From positions 88,209-152,208 of the IMG/VR virus record IMGVR_UViG_3300049845_000291: a stretch of DNA of 64,000 nt. The stretch is one strand, 5' to 3'. Position numbers and translations under genes: made by a program. The DNA comes from a virus. A model generated the notes under the pieces. That model worked only from the letters and a program-made list of their open reading frames with translations, did no database searches and was not told where the DNA came from. Below are positions 1-9,884 of the stretch, one piece after another; positions within the stretch are counted from its first letter, which is position 1; every line of letters starts with the position of its first letter.

Positions 1-4
1 CTCA

Positions 5-2065
5 TCAGCCCACCTCTGTAATTTCATAGCTAGACACGAGAGCCCCGCCAAGATCGTTTCCGGCGCTTGTTGAATTGACATACCAAGTTCCAGAGCCCGC
101 ACCAATACCAACACGCATTGAGTACGTGATTTGATTAGTGGTGGCTGGACTATCAGACACCGCTAGCGTAATTGTTGTTGGGCGACCGCCACCAGTGGCG
201 TACCAGACCGCAGATCCAATGTTAAGGGACCCACGAAAGAGCGAAGCAATAACGATGCGGTTTGAGGTGCTGCTGTCAACCGTAAATGGTACCGTGAACT
301 TCATTGTTGAAGTTGACTTTGACGGCGAAATTGCGGTGCTCCAGATCTCCGATCCTTCAGTGATCGTAGGGGTAGTGTTATCGTAAGGGACAGCTGACGT
401 ACCTGAAGTCGACGGAATTATTCCCGTGTAGACCGCAAGAATACCGACGCCGCCTGAAACAACCGTGCCGATTTGATACCACTGTCCGTTTTGGTAGATT
501 TCTGTCGCATTGAGCGTGCTGTTGTACCTAATTTCGCCATTGAGCGGCACTGCTGGCCGCTCAGCTGTTGTTCCAGTTGGAACAACCACACCCTCTGTTC
601 CAGGAAGAACCGGATTTGGTGCTATGGCAACGGTTGGGTTGGCTGAGGTTCCTGCTCCATCTGCGACCGTGATCTGATTGGTCGTTCCTTGAATGGCGCG
701 GGTTGCCCATGTGTCCGCACCTGTGCGGACAGCAATACCCGTTGTGGTAAGCCCCTCAACTGCCGCTAGATCGTTAGCAAGAGCAAATGTTGGATTTCCA
801 CCAACACCAGCAGGGTGGGTGATGGTGATACCGGATGCTGGAGCCGTTAGTGAACGTGCTGCCCAAGTGTCTACATCAATTCGCGTGTAGAAACCGGTGC
901 CATTGAGCGTTTCGATGGCAGCGAGATCATTTGCAAGAGCAAAAACCAGCGTCCCGGCAGAAGTTATAGGGGCGCCAGTAATTGTCAACCCAGCTGCAGG
1001 CTGTGTCACATCTACAGAGGTAACGGTTCCATTTCCTGCTGATGCGTACTCCAAAGCAGTACCAGCGGCATTGACCCTGAGCACCTGCAGTGCTGTTCCG
1101 ATCGTTGCGAGTCCTGTTCCACCATTTGCAGTCGGAATAATGCCGCTCAGTGCAATTGTTGGGTTAGCGGTGCTACCATCAGCAACTGAGATGGTGATAT
1201 TCTGTCCACCAACTAAAGTGCGGGTTGCCCATGTGTCCGCGCCCGTACGTACCGCGATGCCCGTTGTGGTAAGCCCCTCAACTGCCGCTAGATCGTTAGC
1301 GAGCGTGAAGACCAGTGTACCAGCTGTAGTGATTGGCGAACCGCTGATCGTGAAGCCGGCTGTTGGAGCCGTTGCCGCAACCGAGGTAACGGTGCCAGTG
1401 CCACCAGTTTGGGCGCTGTTAACCCATGCCACACCGTTATATGACAGCACCTGCCCATTAGTTGGAGAGCTGATGATGACATCAGACAGGTCATCTAAAG
1501 ACAGAGAGATAGCTGCAGGTGCCACGGAGACCACACGACCAAATGTGTCAGTCGTGAAGACAGGAACCGAGTTAGCTGAACCGTAGGTTCCAGCTGCGCC
1601 GGCGGGAACCAGGTTGATTGTCGGATTGCCTGCAATCCCGTCACCATTATCGACGACAACGTTACCAGCGGTCCCGGTAAGAACGCGGGTGACCCACGTA
1701 TCAGCTCCAATCCTAGATGCGAGACCAGAACTAGACAGACCTTCTAGAGCGGCAAGGTCATTTGCCAGCGTGAATGTTAGCGTGCCAGCATTTTGAATAG
1801 GCCCACCAGAAATGGTGAGACCGGAAGATGGTTGAACAACGTTGATCTCAACGTCGCCATTTTGCAGGTGCCAATTCCAACTGGCGTCAGATTCGCCTGA
1901 CTTGATGTAAAGTTCGCCGTTGTCTCTTAGAAAGAGAGAACCACGCGGAGCTGGCGTGCCAGCTCCGACGCTTGGATCGACGTTCCCTGAAAAGATCGCG
2001 ATGTCAGTTTCAGTGAATGCAAGACCATTCTCGAACTGAAACGCTAGTGATAGATCTGTCGCCAT
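5..2065 (-). CDS. Virion fibre/structural protein with repeated LANDLAAVEGL modules
   Basis: 686 aa, Thr/Gly/Ala-rich; several copies of the GTVTSV...LVFxLANDLAA(V/L/I)E...DTWAxR module; GTTAERP...GEIRYN motif typical of phage fibres. Confidence 0.75.
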   Translation of the reverse strand: MATDLSLAFQFENGLAFTETDIAIFSGNVDPSVGAGTPAPRGSLFLRDNGELYIKSGESDASWNWHLQNGDVEINVVQPSSGLTISGGPIQNAGTLTFTLANDLAALEGLSSSGLASRIGADTWVTRVLTGTAGNVVVDNGDGIAGNPTINLVPAGAAGTYGSANSVPVFTTDTFGRVVSVAPAAISLSLDDLSDVIISSPTNGQVLSYNGVAWVNSAQTGGTGTVTSVAATAPTAGFTISGSPITTAGTLVFTLANDLAAVEGLTTTGIAVRTGADTWATRTLVGGQNITISVADGSTANPTIALSGIIPTANGGTGLATIGTALQVLRVNAAGTALEYASAGNGTVTSVDVTQPAAGLTITGAPITSAGTLVFALANDLAAIETLNGTGFYTRIDVDTWAARSLTAPASGITITHPAGVGGNPTFALANDLAAVEGLTTTGIAVRTGADTWATRAIQGTTNQITVADGAGTSANPTVAIAPNPVLPGTEGVVVPTGTTAERPAVPLNGEIRYNSTLNATEIYQNGQWYQIGTVVSGGVGILAVYTGIIPSTSGTSAVPYDNTTPTITEGSEIWSTAISPSKSTSTMKFTVPFTVDSSTSNRIVIASLFRGSLNIGSAVWYATGGGRPTTITLAVSDSPATTNQITYSMRVGIGAGSGTWYVNSTSAGNDLGGALVSSYEITEVG
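698..1300. repeat. Near-identical ~80-bp direct repeat inside the fibre gene (about 698-779 and 1220-1300)
   Basis: gcgggttgcccatgtgtccgc...ccgttgtggtaagcccctcaactgccgctagatcgttagc occurs twice. Confidence 0.8.
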
Positions 2066-2090
2066 TCACAATCTCTTCAGGTGCTGTTCA

Positions 2091-3425
2091 TTAGAACGCG
2101 GCGATAGCTGAGATTCGCTGGGCCTTGACGTCAACGGCTGCGGTTGATTGGACGTTCAGCACAAGCGAACCACCCGACAGCGTAACAGTCGCTTGGAACC
2201 CAGTGATGTTTCCACCGCGGGTGAGAGCGGCAAAGATCGTCGAATCAACGCTGGTACCATTGTGCATCGCGAAGACCTTGAAGGAACGGATGCGGGTTGG
2301 GGTGGCGGTTTCACGAACGTAGACATCCCACTCGGCAGCAACTGCAGCAACGGTATCGACCGCAGAGATCGAGGTGACGTTGGTCAGCGTGGTGGTCAGG
2401 CTGGTAGCCGCGATGGCTGCGTCAAGCTTGCCAACAGCTGCGGTGACACTGTCGCCATCAACGATGTAGTTGTTGGTGCTGTAGTCAGGAGTGCCAACCC
2501 CGGCGGTCTTACCGAGATAATCGTTGATCGAGGCAACTTCACCATCTAGCGCAGTAACGTTCTGGTTGACGGTGTTGGCTGCAAGAATGACTTCGCCGTT
2601 TGCAACGGTACCGCCGATCTCAGCATCGAGCTTACCAATGGCAACTTCAAGGTTGTCACCGTCAGCGACGATGTTGACCGAGCTGTAGTCTGGCAGCTCG
2701 TTGCCAGCACCAGTCTTGCCCATGAAGGCATTGGCAAATGCCGATTCAGCATCAAGCTTACCAATGCCAGTTTCCAGGCTGTCGCTATTGGCAACTACTG
2801 TGGTGCTGGTGTAGGTTGGGAGCTCGTTACCTGGACCATCTTTACCGATGAAGGCGCGAATGAAGGCGTCCTCGTCAGAGGCGGAGCCCTGAATCCAGAT
2901 CCAGTCCGTACCGTCGTACTGGTAAGTCTTGCCAGCGTCAACACCGCCAACAACGTAGGTGGTGTCACCAGAAGATTCTGGGTTCAAGTCTTCTGTGAGA
3001 GTCCAGTTGCCAGACGTGCCGCTGACAACGAAGATGTTCTTGTTGCCGGTGACGCTTGCGCCAAGGATCCGCATACCGAGCGTGACTGGAACGCCCTGGA
3101 TCAGGTCATCGGCGTCAAGATCGGCCTTCAGGCTCGCGACATCGGTTGCCGTCGTGTCGATGACCGAAACCGGTTCACGCCAGGAAAGACCCGAAGACGC
3201 AACTGTGTTGACATAGTCCTCAGTTGCAATCTTCTTCCACTTGTCAGTGCCGACACCAGCGGCAACCTTCATGTAAAGGTCGCCGGAGGTGGTATCCGTG
3301 AAGTACGAACCGCGTGGGGCGGTGGAAGTATCACCGGAAGCGCCTGGAGCGCCTGCGCCGGTGAGGAATTGCGCTGCTTCATCGAGCTCAAGGCCACGAT
3401 AAATGCGGAAGAAATCTGCTGCCAT
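2091..3425 (-). CDS. Virion structural protein with PxYxSxxxVxxxDxLxxxxGKLDA repeats and a C-terminal beta domain
   Basis: 444 aa; three GKLDA repeats; AGGAG SD and CTAAATA late promoter upstream. Confidence 0.7.
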   Translation of the reverse strand: MAADFFRIYRGLELDEAAQFLTGAGAPGASGDTSTAPRGSYFTDTTSGDLYMKVAAGVGTDKWKKIATEDYVNTVASSGLSWREPVSVIDTTATDVASLKADLDADDLIQGVPVTLGMRILGASVTGNKNIFVVSGTSGNWTLTEDLNPESSGDTTYVVGGVDAGKTYQYDGTDWIWIQGSASDEDAFIRAFIGKDGPGNELPTYTSTTVVANSDSLETGIGKLDAESAFANAFMGKTGAGNELPDYSSVNIVADGDNLEVAIGKLDAEIGGTVANGEVILAANTVNQNVTALDGEVASINDYLGKTAGVGTPDYSTNNYIVDGDSVTAAVGKLDAAIAATSLTTTLTNVTSISAVDTVAAVAAEWDVYVRETATPTRIRSFKVFAMHNGTSVDSTIFAALTRGGNITGFQATVTLSGGSLVLNVQSTAAVDVKAQRISAIAAF

Positions 3426-3462
3426 AGTGTGTCTCCTACTGGATCCTAAGGATCAATGCCTC

Positions 3463-3469
3463 TATTTAG
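3463..3469 (-). promoter_or_regulatory. T4-like late promoter CTAAATA
   Basis: Intergenic, upstream of a structural gene; same motif recurs before other structural genes. Confidence 0.65.
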
Positions 3470-4180
3470 TCAATGTTGAATGCGGGTGACAGTAACTTCG
3501 ACGTCGAATGCCTCGTCGTTCTGCCAAACCAGTCTGATCTTTTTTAGGGCCGTGTCCAACACAATGCTGGCCGTTCCCAAAAACCGGTCGCCAACTCGCG
3601 AGCTGACATTCCAAGTTCCTGATTCAAGGTCATTCAACAAGTCACCGCGGACATTGCATAGAACCTCGAAGGTTGTTGAGTTGAAGTTCGACGGCGCATA
3701 CAGCGTCACGAAGAACTTGAAGCCGCGTTTTGTCGAGCTGTAATCAGCTTCATCGACGATCGCGGTCTGTGCGCCAAGTACGGTACTTGTTGATGTTCCA
3801 CCGGGCACGTCTCCAGCACCAGTCGAAACAGGCAGCTGCATTGCGCGCTGCATCGTCTCGGCTGTGACGCGATGGTCGACAAGCGTCTCATTTCCAACGG
3901 CGCTGGACCAAGCTTGCGCCGTTGTCCCTTCCATTCCACGATCTGAAAGGCTAAAGTACAGCGTATCGCCAACGCGCTGCGTGACCTTGATGATCTCACG
4001 GGTGGTGGCCGCCTGGTCTTCAAGCGTGACTAGGAAGTACTCGCCAGGCCCTGGATTTGGGAACAGCGCACCATACCCCGCCATCACCGTCAATGACGTT
4101 GAAGTCGCGCTAATAGGTGCGGTCAGGAGGCTGACCGCGTTGTTCGAAAACAGCTGAACCTCTGAAAGCGATACTGGCAT
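3470..4180 (-). CDS. Virion structural/tail protein
   Basis: N-terminal FSNNAxSxLxAxIxxxxTSL...EIIKVT...RGxEGTTAxAW domain common in phage tail proteins. Confidence 0.65.
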   Translation of the reverse strand: MPVSLSEVQLFSNNAVSLLTAPISATSTSLTVMAGYGALFPNPGPGEYFLVTLEDQAATTREIIKVTQRVGDTLYFSLSDRGMEGTTAQAWSSAVGNETLVDHRVTAETMQRAMQLPVSTGAGDVPGGTSTSTVLGAQTAIVDEADYSSTKRGFKFFVTLYAPSNFNSTTFEVLCNVRGDLLNDLESGTWNVSSRVGDRFLGTASIVLDTALKKIRLVWQNDEAFDVEVTVTRIQH

Positions 4181-4380
4181 TATGCTCTCACTTTTCCTTG
4201 GTGTTCAGCAAGAACCTGTAGGAATCGCTGCTTCGACATCGTCGAATCAACTGCTTCCTTAAAGGCATCGACCTGATCAAGAGGCACCAGCACCTCTAAA
4301 CGATCGATCCCATGTTGAATCTTAAAGACTCGAAATGGCCTTTTACTTAGCGTGTTGTTTAGGTCCGCGATGAGCTTCAT
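4180..4380 (-). CDS. Hypothetical protein (66 aa)
   Basis: Overlap-coupled to neighbours on both sides. Confidence 0.6.
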   Translation of the reverse strand: MKLIADLNNTLSKRPFRVFKIQHGIDRLEVLVPLDQVDAFKEAVDSTMSKQRFLQVLAEHQGKVRA

Positions 4381-4838
4381 CGAGCCCCCAAGTACTCAGC
4401 GTAAGTGGAAAGTACCGCGCGAATGGAATGTCCACGCCCAGATGGTGACTCGATCTGCGTGACCTGCTTCAGCGGCAGAGTTTTCAGGTCCCCAGCCTCA
4501 TCTTCGCCATGCACCTGAAGCCCTTCGGCTAGCCTGGTCTTGACGAGCTTGTAAGCTTTGAGGCGGATCTTGAGCTGCCCGAAGAACACAATGTCGTCAG
4601 GCTGCGGAAGGTGAACCTTGCGCGAGAAGGCACCGACTGTTTCAAAGGCCCCACCATCAGGGTGAACAGGGGTCTTATTGATCCCGATGATGTCCTTGAA
4701 GGACACCGCCAAAGGCTCGGGGCCGTCCTGCTCTACGAAGACGGCTGGACTAGCACGGTACGGTGCGTACGATAGAACGCGCAAGACTTTCTTGTCTCGC
4801 GTCGTGATCGTGTCATTTTTGATTGGAACGACGAGCAT
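4377..4838 (-). CDS. Hypothetical protein (153 aa), probably late
   Basis: ORF preceded by GTAAATA and an AAGGA SD. Confidence 0.6.
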   Translation of the reverse strand: MLVVPIKNDTITTRDKKVLRVLSYAPYRASPAVFVEQDGPEPLAVSFKDIIGINKTPVHPDGGAFETVGAFSRKVHLPQPDDIVFFGQLKIRLKAYKLVKTRLAEGLQVHGEDEAGDLKTLPLKQVTQIESPSGRGHSIRAVLSTYAEYLGAR

Positions 4839-4858
4839 GCTAACCTAGGTCCTTCCTG

Positions 4859-4865
4859 TATTTAC
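4859..4865 (-). promoter_or_regulatory. Late promoter-like GTAAATA
   Basis: Intergenic TAAATA core inside the short palindrome cctgta-tt-tacagg. Confidence 0.5.
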
Positions 4866-4875
4866 AGGTGCTAGG

Positions 4876-5049
4876 CTATTTCACGTTCAGCTCGTCGTCG
4901 TCATCCTTAAGGTCATCGAGCTCCTCTTCGAGTAGCTCTTCCTCTAGATCGCGCAGGTACTGCTTAAATGAAGCACGTCGCTTGCGCGCACCTTCATCAA
5001 AAACCTTGTCCTTTTTCTTGCGACTACGTGTGTCGACGTGGCTTCCCAT
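4876..5049 (-). CDS. Small basic/acidic protein (57 aa), below the ORF-track cutoff
   Basis: Manual translation MGSHVDTRSRKKKDKVFDEGARKRRASFKQYLRDLEEELLEEELDDLKDDDELNVK; fills the gap between genes. Confidence 0.6.
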   Translation of the reverse strand: MGSHVDTRSRKKKDKVFDEGARKRRASFKQYLRDLEEELLEEELDDLKDDDDELNVK

Positions 5050-5075
5050 TCCCAACCTGCATGTTACGAGGCTCC

Positions 5076-5555
5076 TTATTTATCGCCTTCAGCAGGTGTA
5101 CGGGTGTCCAGCACCCAAAGAGTGCTGTCAGGAAGGTAGCGTGAGATCAGGGCGCTGACAACCTGCCAGTCAGCGCCGCCCAGGCCGCAGCCGATTAGTG
5201 GGTGATGGCAATCAGCAGAGGTAAGGCTCAAACCTTGCAGCTGCCAGGCCAGGGTGGCAAGTGCTTCATCGAGGGCGTCGTACGACGTGTACCGACGCTT
5301 CTCGCGGCCGTAATACCGCTGACCGAACAGGTTCGCCACGTAAAGATCGGGAGTTACCTTCAAGACCTGAACCAGACCAAGCAGCTCATGGTCTGAAAAG
5401 AGCTTGCAGCGCTCCTCGTACCGCTCCCAGACAATGGGGTACTTGGCGCGCAGCTCCTTTGCAATCCCGGAGGCCATGACTCCCTGGCAGTTCACCTGGT
5501 GCATGATGACGCCTTTGGTGACGCCTGTAACGAGATTGCCGTTCACGATCTTCAT
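5076..5555 (-). CDS. Macrodomain ADP-ribose hydrolase (DarG/TARG1/T4 Tk.4-like)
   Basis: MKIVNGNL, HQVNCQGVMASGIAK, VANLFGQ and PLIGCGLGGADW motifs. Confidence 0.85.
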   Translation of the reverse strand: MKIVNGNLVTGVTKGVIMHQVNCQGVMASGIAKELRAKYPIVWERYEERCKLFSDHELLGLVQVLKVTPDLYVANLFGQRYYGREKRRYTSYDALDEALATLAWQLQGLSLTSADCHHPLIGCGLGGADWQVVSALISRYLPDSTLWVLDTRTPAEGDK

Positions 5556-5642
5556 GGCGACGACCGGTGCATCCGGTCTCCTTGGTGGTTGGTACTGTGT
5601 CGGTAGCGATTCGGTGTCACCGGCGTCGTCTGGTGTCGTCGG

Positions 5643-6092
5643 TCAGGCGTCTGCATATTCCTTGGAGATTGACAGGAACTCGATTCGATCGAGCTCCCGC
5701 TGCAGCCGCTCCTCGGTCTTGACCGCGCGCTTCATGATCCTGAGCAAGGCGTACGCCAGGTCACGGTACTCGTGCCCAAGGTACTCGTGCGCCACGCTGC
5801 CGTCGCCTTTCCAGGACAAGCAGTAATCGATGACCTGCTCAATCAACAGGTGCTTGTCGGCGATGTTCTCGATCTTCGGTTCGTCAACAGCCCTGAGCGC
5901 CCGCTCATCGGCAACTCGCTTCGCGACTTCCTTGGAGAACAGCTCGTTCTCATGACAGCGTGAAAACGAGAACTTCAGGGTCTCATCGCCGTTGCGCTCA
6001 AACCGAAGACACACGCCGCCCTTTGGGTCAGTTTCGATCTCACAACGCTCAAGGTTCAGTCGAACAGGTCGTACATACCGATAGAAGATCAT
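5643..6092 (-). CDS. Hypothetical protein (149 aa)
   Basis: ORF in operon context with typical codon usage. Confidence 0.65.
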   Translation of the reverse strand: MIFYRYVRPVRLNLERCEIETDPKGGVCLRFERNGDETLKFSFSRCHENELFSKEVAKRVADERALRAVDEPKIENIADKHLLIEQVIDYCLSWKGDGSVAHEYLGHEYRDLAYALLRIMKRAVKTEERLQRELDRIEFLSISKEYADA

Positions 6093-6093
6093 G

Positions 6094-7026
6094 TCAAGCT
6101 GCCATTTCAGCCTTGATGGGCGGGTGGGGGTTGTAGTTCAGGACGTTGAAGTTCGCTGTCGTGAACTGGTCGAAACGCGGCACGTCGCCATTGATCTCAA
6201 TGATCGGCGGAACTCGGGTCGTCCTCCTAAGCTGCTCACGCACTTGATCAAAGTGATTGTGGTAAATGTGCGTGTCGCCCAGCACCATAATCAACCGATC
6301 AGCGATGCAGCCCGTCGTGTACGCCAACATGTACGTCAACAGGGCGTACGACGCGATGTTGAATGGCAGCCCGAGGAACGAGTCCACTGAGCGCTGGTAC
6401 ATCTGGCACGACAGCCGACGATCAGAGGTCACGAAGAACTGCGCGAACATGTGGCACGGTGGCAAGGCCATCTGGTCGAGCTCACCTGGGTTCCAGGCGC
6501 TAAGCACGATTCGGCGGTCCGTTGGGTTGTTCACAAGCTTGTCGGCGACCTGCTGCAGCTGATCGATCTGTGACTTCAGGACCTTCGCCCCGAAGTACGT
6601 CGTGCTGCCATCATCATGCGTCAGGTAGTCCTCGTACCCGTGAAGGCGGAAACTTTGCCAGTTCCGCCACTGCACACCGTACACGCGCCCCAGATCACCT
6701 TTGAAGGCCGGTTTGAAGCTCGAGCCAGAGGTGTGCTCAGCGTTCGGAGACCAGATCGTCTTCTTCTCTGGATCACGCGTCCCATGAAGCAGCTCAGCAA
6801 GGCGACGTTCGTCACCACTGCCCTCGATGAACCAAAGCAGCTCGGTCAGCACGGCCTTGAATGGCACTCGCTTCGTGGTTGCCAGCGGCAACATGCCGCC
6901 CAGCAGCTCAATCTCCAGGCGCTCACCGAACAGCGCCCTGGTTCCAACACCAGTCCGATCCATGCGGTCATCACCATGACGTAGGATCTTGTCGTACAAC
7001 GCAAGCAGTTGATCTTCCCAGAACAT
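6094..7026 (-). CDS. thyA: Thymidylate synthase (canonical, dUMP-specific)
   Basis: DRTGVGT, ELLWF, LGRVYGVQWR, MALPPCH, YQRSVDSFLGLPFNIASY (Asn specificity residue), GDTHIY. Confidence 0.95.
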   Translation of the reverse strand: MFWEDQLLALYDKILRHGDDRMDRTGVGTRALFGERLEIELLGGMLPLATTKRVPFKAVLTELLWFIEGSGDERRLAELLHGTRDPEKKTIWSPNAEHTSGSSFKPAFKGDLGRVYGVQWRNWQSFRLHGYEDYLTHDDGSTTYFGAKVLKSQIDQLQQVADKLVNNPTDRRIVLSAWNPGELDQMALPPCHMFAQFFVTSDRRLSCQMYQRSVDSFLGLPFNIASYALLTYMLAYTTGCIADRLIMVLGDTHIYHNHFDQVREQLRRTTRVPPIIEINGDVPRFDQFTTANFNVLNYNPHPPIKAEMAA

Positions 7027-7544
7027 TATTCGATCCTCTTAATATTGGAGATTGGGACCTCGGTGACCAACCAGACCCCGTTGTCGGCTTGATAGAACGG
7101 ACACAACATGGACCTTGTGCTGATCTCAAGCAGCACCAGATCGCGTTTACGTCGGCCCCCGACGGCCCGTGCGTCGTCTTGGTTCTCTGAGAGATGGACG
7201 TGATGCCGCCTCATGCTCCGCAGTCCCTGCTTTTGGATGGTCTCCCAGGCCTGGTCATTGGTGCCATGGAAGAGCACAGGCGGCGGGGTCTTGATCGCGT
7301 ACTTGACGCGCACCAGAGGTGTGCTGTGCCCTTGTACTGCCCGGATCTTCGTTCGATCCGCGTTCAGCGCGTACCGCTGCTTGTCGTCCTGCTCAACGAT
7401 CTGCAGGATCTCGTCCAACTGCAGCGCGGTGTTTTGCAGAAGCTGCTCGATCGACACCCAACCCTGGGTGTCGATCGAGAGGTTTGCGGCTTCGGGCTTG
7501 TGCCGCAGCAGGTACGACAGGTACTTTGACGACTCGGTAAGCAT
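7026..7544 (-). CDS. kptA: NAD-dependent RNA 2'-phosphotransferase (KptA/Tpt1)
   Basis: SKYLSYLLRH, DKQRY, IRAVQGHS, LFHGT, RHHVHLS and NGVWL motifs. Confidence 0.92.
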   Translation of the reverse strand: MLTESSKYLSYLLRHKPEAANLSIDTQGWVSIEQLLQNTALQLDEILQIVEQDDKQRYALNADRTKIRAVQGHSTPLVRVKYAIKTPPPVLFHGTNDQAWETIQKQGLRSMRRHHVHLSENQDDARAVGGRRKRDLVLLEISTRSMLCPFYQADNGVWLVTEVPISNIKRIE

Positions 7545-7550
7545 GCGCCG

Positions 7551-7559
7551 ATTTTAGCA
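7551..7559 (-). promoter_or_regulatory. Extended -10 promoter TGcTAAAAT, 6 nt upstream of the kptA ATG (leaderless)
   Basis: TGn-TAAAAT-cggcgc-ATG with no SD in between. Confidence 0.55.
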
Positions 7560-7590
7560 TCGCGCTGCTTTCCGAGCCCCAACGATTGGG

Positions 7591-8127
7591 TTATGTCATT
7601 GGATCGGCTAGCTGATCTGCTAAGCGAAGCAGTTGGATGGCCGTTCCGACGATGCCTTCCGCCACCGTGGTCATGCGCAGGTCGTCGAAGCTTTCACGGT
7701 TACCGGCGACGTTCAGCACACCGATCTTGGAGGCCACAACGAAGGTGGCAAGCTCACGTGCAGACTTGTCGACGAGGCCGGACCACACGGTCCCGCCCGT
7801 AGAGTTCTTCAGATGCTCGGAAACGTCGATCACCAGCACGGGCTTGTTCGCGCGCCTGCACTGGTTCACGGTCAAGACCGAGCCCGGCGATGAGAGCTTC
7901 CACGAGATCAGGACCGTACCGTCGGAATCCGCGATGTTCCGGATCGTACGAGAGCGCAGGTCACCGCTTGCTTTCAGGTTCAGGAGTTGCAGCAGCGGAT
8001 TCGGCCCCTTTGCCGTCTGGAACCCATCCGGTGCGGTGCCGCCGGTCGGCACGCTTTCCTTGAAGGCCGCGATCAAGCCGCCCTGGTCCGCGCCGGTCTG
8101 CCCGCCGCTGATGATCTTGCGAAGCAT
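7591..8127 (-). CDS. SLOG-superfamily protein (putative molybdenum-carrier/YpsA-like)
   Basis: KIISGGQTGADQGGL, RTIRNIADSDGT, GSxLT and LNVAGNRES motifs. Confidence 0.8.
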   Translation of the reverse strand: MLRKIISGGQTGADQGGLIAAFKESVPTGGTAPDGFQTAKGPNPLLQLLNLKASGDLRSRTIRNIADSDGTVLISWKLSSPGSVLTVNQCRRANKPVLVIDVSEHLKNSTGGTVWSGLVDKSARELATFVVASKIGVLNVAGNRESFDDLRMTTVAEGIVGTAIQLLRLADQLADPMT

Positions 8128-8136
8128 GAGATGCCC

Positions 8137-8973
8137 TTAGGTGTTTGACCTGGTGGCATTATACAGCTCTTCAACCTTCTTGGGATCAATTTCTGTAACG
8201 GGCTGGAAGCGTGGCACGAGTCGCAGATACAGATCTCCACGGCCGGCTGTGGAGTCGCGGTTCCAGTTCCAGTACCCTCGGCCGGCGACCTTCAGGCGCT
8301 GCGTTCGGTACTCGAACGCGCTTGGCACGCGAACCTCGAGCTCCTTGTCGAGGAAGTCCTTGACCTTGATCCAAGAACCAACCATCATGTCGATCGCGTT
8401 GACCTCGACTGGCAGCTCAAGATCGCCGCTGTAGAACATGCCGTTTGGGCTGCCCATCATGCGGAACTCAAAGGGCTCGGTCCGAATGCCGATCCGGACG
8501 ATGATACGACGAACGCGATCACCATCTGGGATTTGGTCCTCGTACGCCACCCCATGTGGCAGTCCCTGTCGAACATTGTACGACACGCTGCGCCCGTTGA
8601 TGTTGATCGGAACACTGCAGCCCTCGTACGCCATCTTGAGCGTCAGCCCAAGGGTCACGGTAGGAGTGAACTCTTGGCGGTGCGCCTCATGGAAGGCCCG
8701 CAGGATCTCGTCGATCTCGCTTGGGCTGCCAGCAAACGACCATGACCCATGTGGCCCACGTTGTGGTCCTCGCTGTGCGCGATCCGCTGCACCGCTGGTG
8801 ATCTGCTCGTACGCCTCGCTGATCTGCTTGAACTTGACCTCGGCAGCGGCCTTCTCAGCCGCGTCTGTGAACTTGTCAGGATGGTGCTTCTGTGCAGCGC
8901 GACGATAAGCTTTCTTGATGTCCTCTTCGCTGTCGCCGCGCTTGACGCCAAGGACTTCGTATGGATCAGTCAA
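8137..8973 (-). CDS. DnaJ/CbpA-like co-chaperone
   Basis: J-domain DPYEVLGV...KAYR...HPDK...FKQISEAY; C-terminal DnaJ_C-like GRGDLY. Confidence 0.9.
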   Translation of the reverse strand: MTDPYEVLGVKRGDSEEDIKKAYRRAAQKHHPDKFTDAAEKAAAEVKFKQISEAYEQITSGAADRAQRGPQRGPHGSWSFAGSPSEIDEILRAFHEAHRQEFTPTVTLGLTLKMAYEGCSVPININGRSVSYNVRQGLPHGVAYEDQIPDGDRVRRIIVRIGIRTEPFEFRMMGSPNGMFYSGDLELPVEVNAIDMMVGSWIKVKDFLDKELEVRVPSAFEYRTQRLKVAGRGYWNWNRDSTAGRGDLYLRLVPRFQPVTEIDPKKVEELYNATRSNT

Positions 8974-9341
8974 GCCCAGTCTCCATTTCGGTATTTCGTG
9001 ATCACGGTGAGCATCAAGTACGTTGGGATCATCAGCATGATGAACAGTGTGCTGAGACCAAAGAACGAGTTGTACAGCAGGTACGTCAAGATCCCGACGT
9101 TGATGACCACCCCGAGCGCGATTTTGCCGACCTTGGTCGGCTTACCACGCAATGCCTTGTGGATGTTTGACGTGTTGTCGGTCAGGTACATGATGAGCAG
9201 GAAGCCCAGTATGGCGCTGATCATCAGGCCAATCAGCACGATCCAGACACCGAACAGGTACAAGAAGGCGCCGTGACCAGTGACCTCATGAAGAGCCAGC
9301 AGGCTCGGCGAGACCAGGATCAGCAGATCAGACAGTTTCAT
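8970..9341 (-). CDS. Membrane protein
   Basis: Several hydrophobic segments; probable start MKLSD. Confidence 0.6.
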   Translation of the reverse strand: MKLSDLLILVSPSLLALHEVTGHGAFLYLFGVWIVLIGLMISAILGFLLIMYLTDNTSNIHKALRGKPTKVGKIALGVVINVGILTYLLYNSFFGLSTLFIMLMIPTYLMLTVITKYRNGDWA

Positions 9342-9606
9342 AGCACCCACCCAGCACGCCCTGCGCGTCGATCCATTCGTCAGAGCCTCGACGCAGCACG
9401 TGACCATCAGCGATGATCGTGATTTGCAGCGGCTTCAGCCAGTCCTTGTACTTGGCCTCGTCCTCATGGCGCTTGAGAAACGCCTGAAGTGCATCTCGTT
9501 CAGCTGGTAGGCTGAAGCGAGCATGGACGCTTGGTTCGTACTCATACACGCAACCAAGCGACACATTCAAGGTCTCTGGTCGATAGATGACGTACAACAA
9601 GTTCAT
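9328..9606 (-). CDS. Hypothetical protein
   Basis: ATGA-coupled ORF. Confidence 0.55.
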   Translation of the reverse strand: MNLLYVIYRPETLNVSLGCVYEYEPSVHARFSLPAERDALQAFLKRHEDEAKYKDWLKPLQITIIADGHVLRRGSDEWIDAQGVLGGCYETV

Positions 9607-9884
9607 GCCTTCTCCTCGTACTCGATTGGGTGCCCAAGTGCGTCTAGCACCACTACCAGGTCCTGCAGGGTGAAACCAGCGTCCAGCGACTTATACAGCA
9701 GCAGCTCTTCTGGGTACGGCCAGACAGCTTCTTGCACGATGGAGAGCGTGGGTGGGTCGATCACTCGATCGACCGTGATCTTGATCATCGGGCCGGCGTG
9801 GCCACCAAGATCCTCTAGGTTTGGGGCTACAACCGTATCCCCATCGTTGATCTCGTTGCCTTTACGGCTTGAAAGAGTTCCCAT
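9603..9884 (-). CDS. Hypothetical protein
   Basis: ORF coupled to the next gene. Confidence 0.5.
   Translation of the reverse strand: MGTLSSRKGNEINDGDTVVAPNLEDLGGHAGPMIKITVDRVIDPPTLSIVQEAVWPYPEELLLYKSLDAGFTLQDLVVVLDALGHPIEYEEKA

Noticed and set aside
698-1300. Direct repeats as a CRISPR array
   Set aside because: They are coding, in-frame protein repeats without repeat-spacer periodicity.
5076-6092. ORFs 5643-6092 and 5076-5555 are in frame and separated by one TGA, suggesting readthrough or recoding
   Set aside because: A 34-aa ORF in another frame (5552-5656, AAGGA upstream, ATGA-coupled to the macrodomain) explains the gap. TGA is an ordinary stop throughout the window, so there is no sign of an alternative code.
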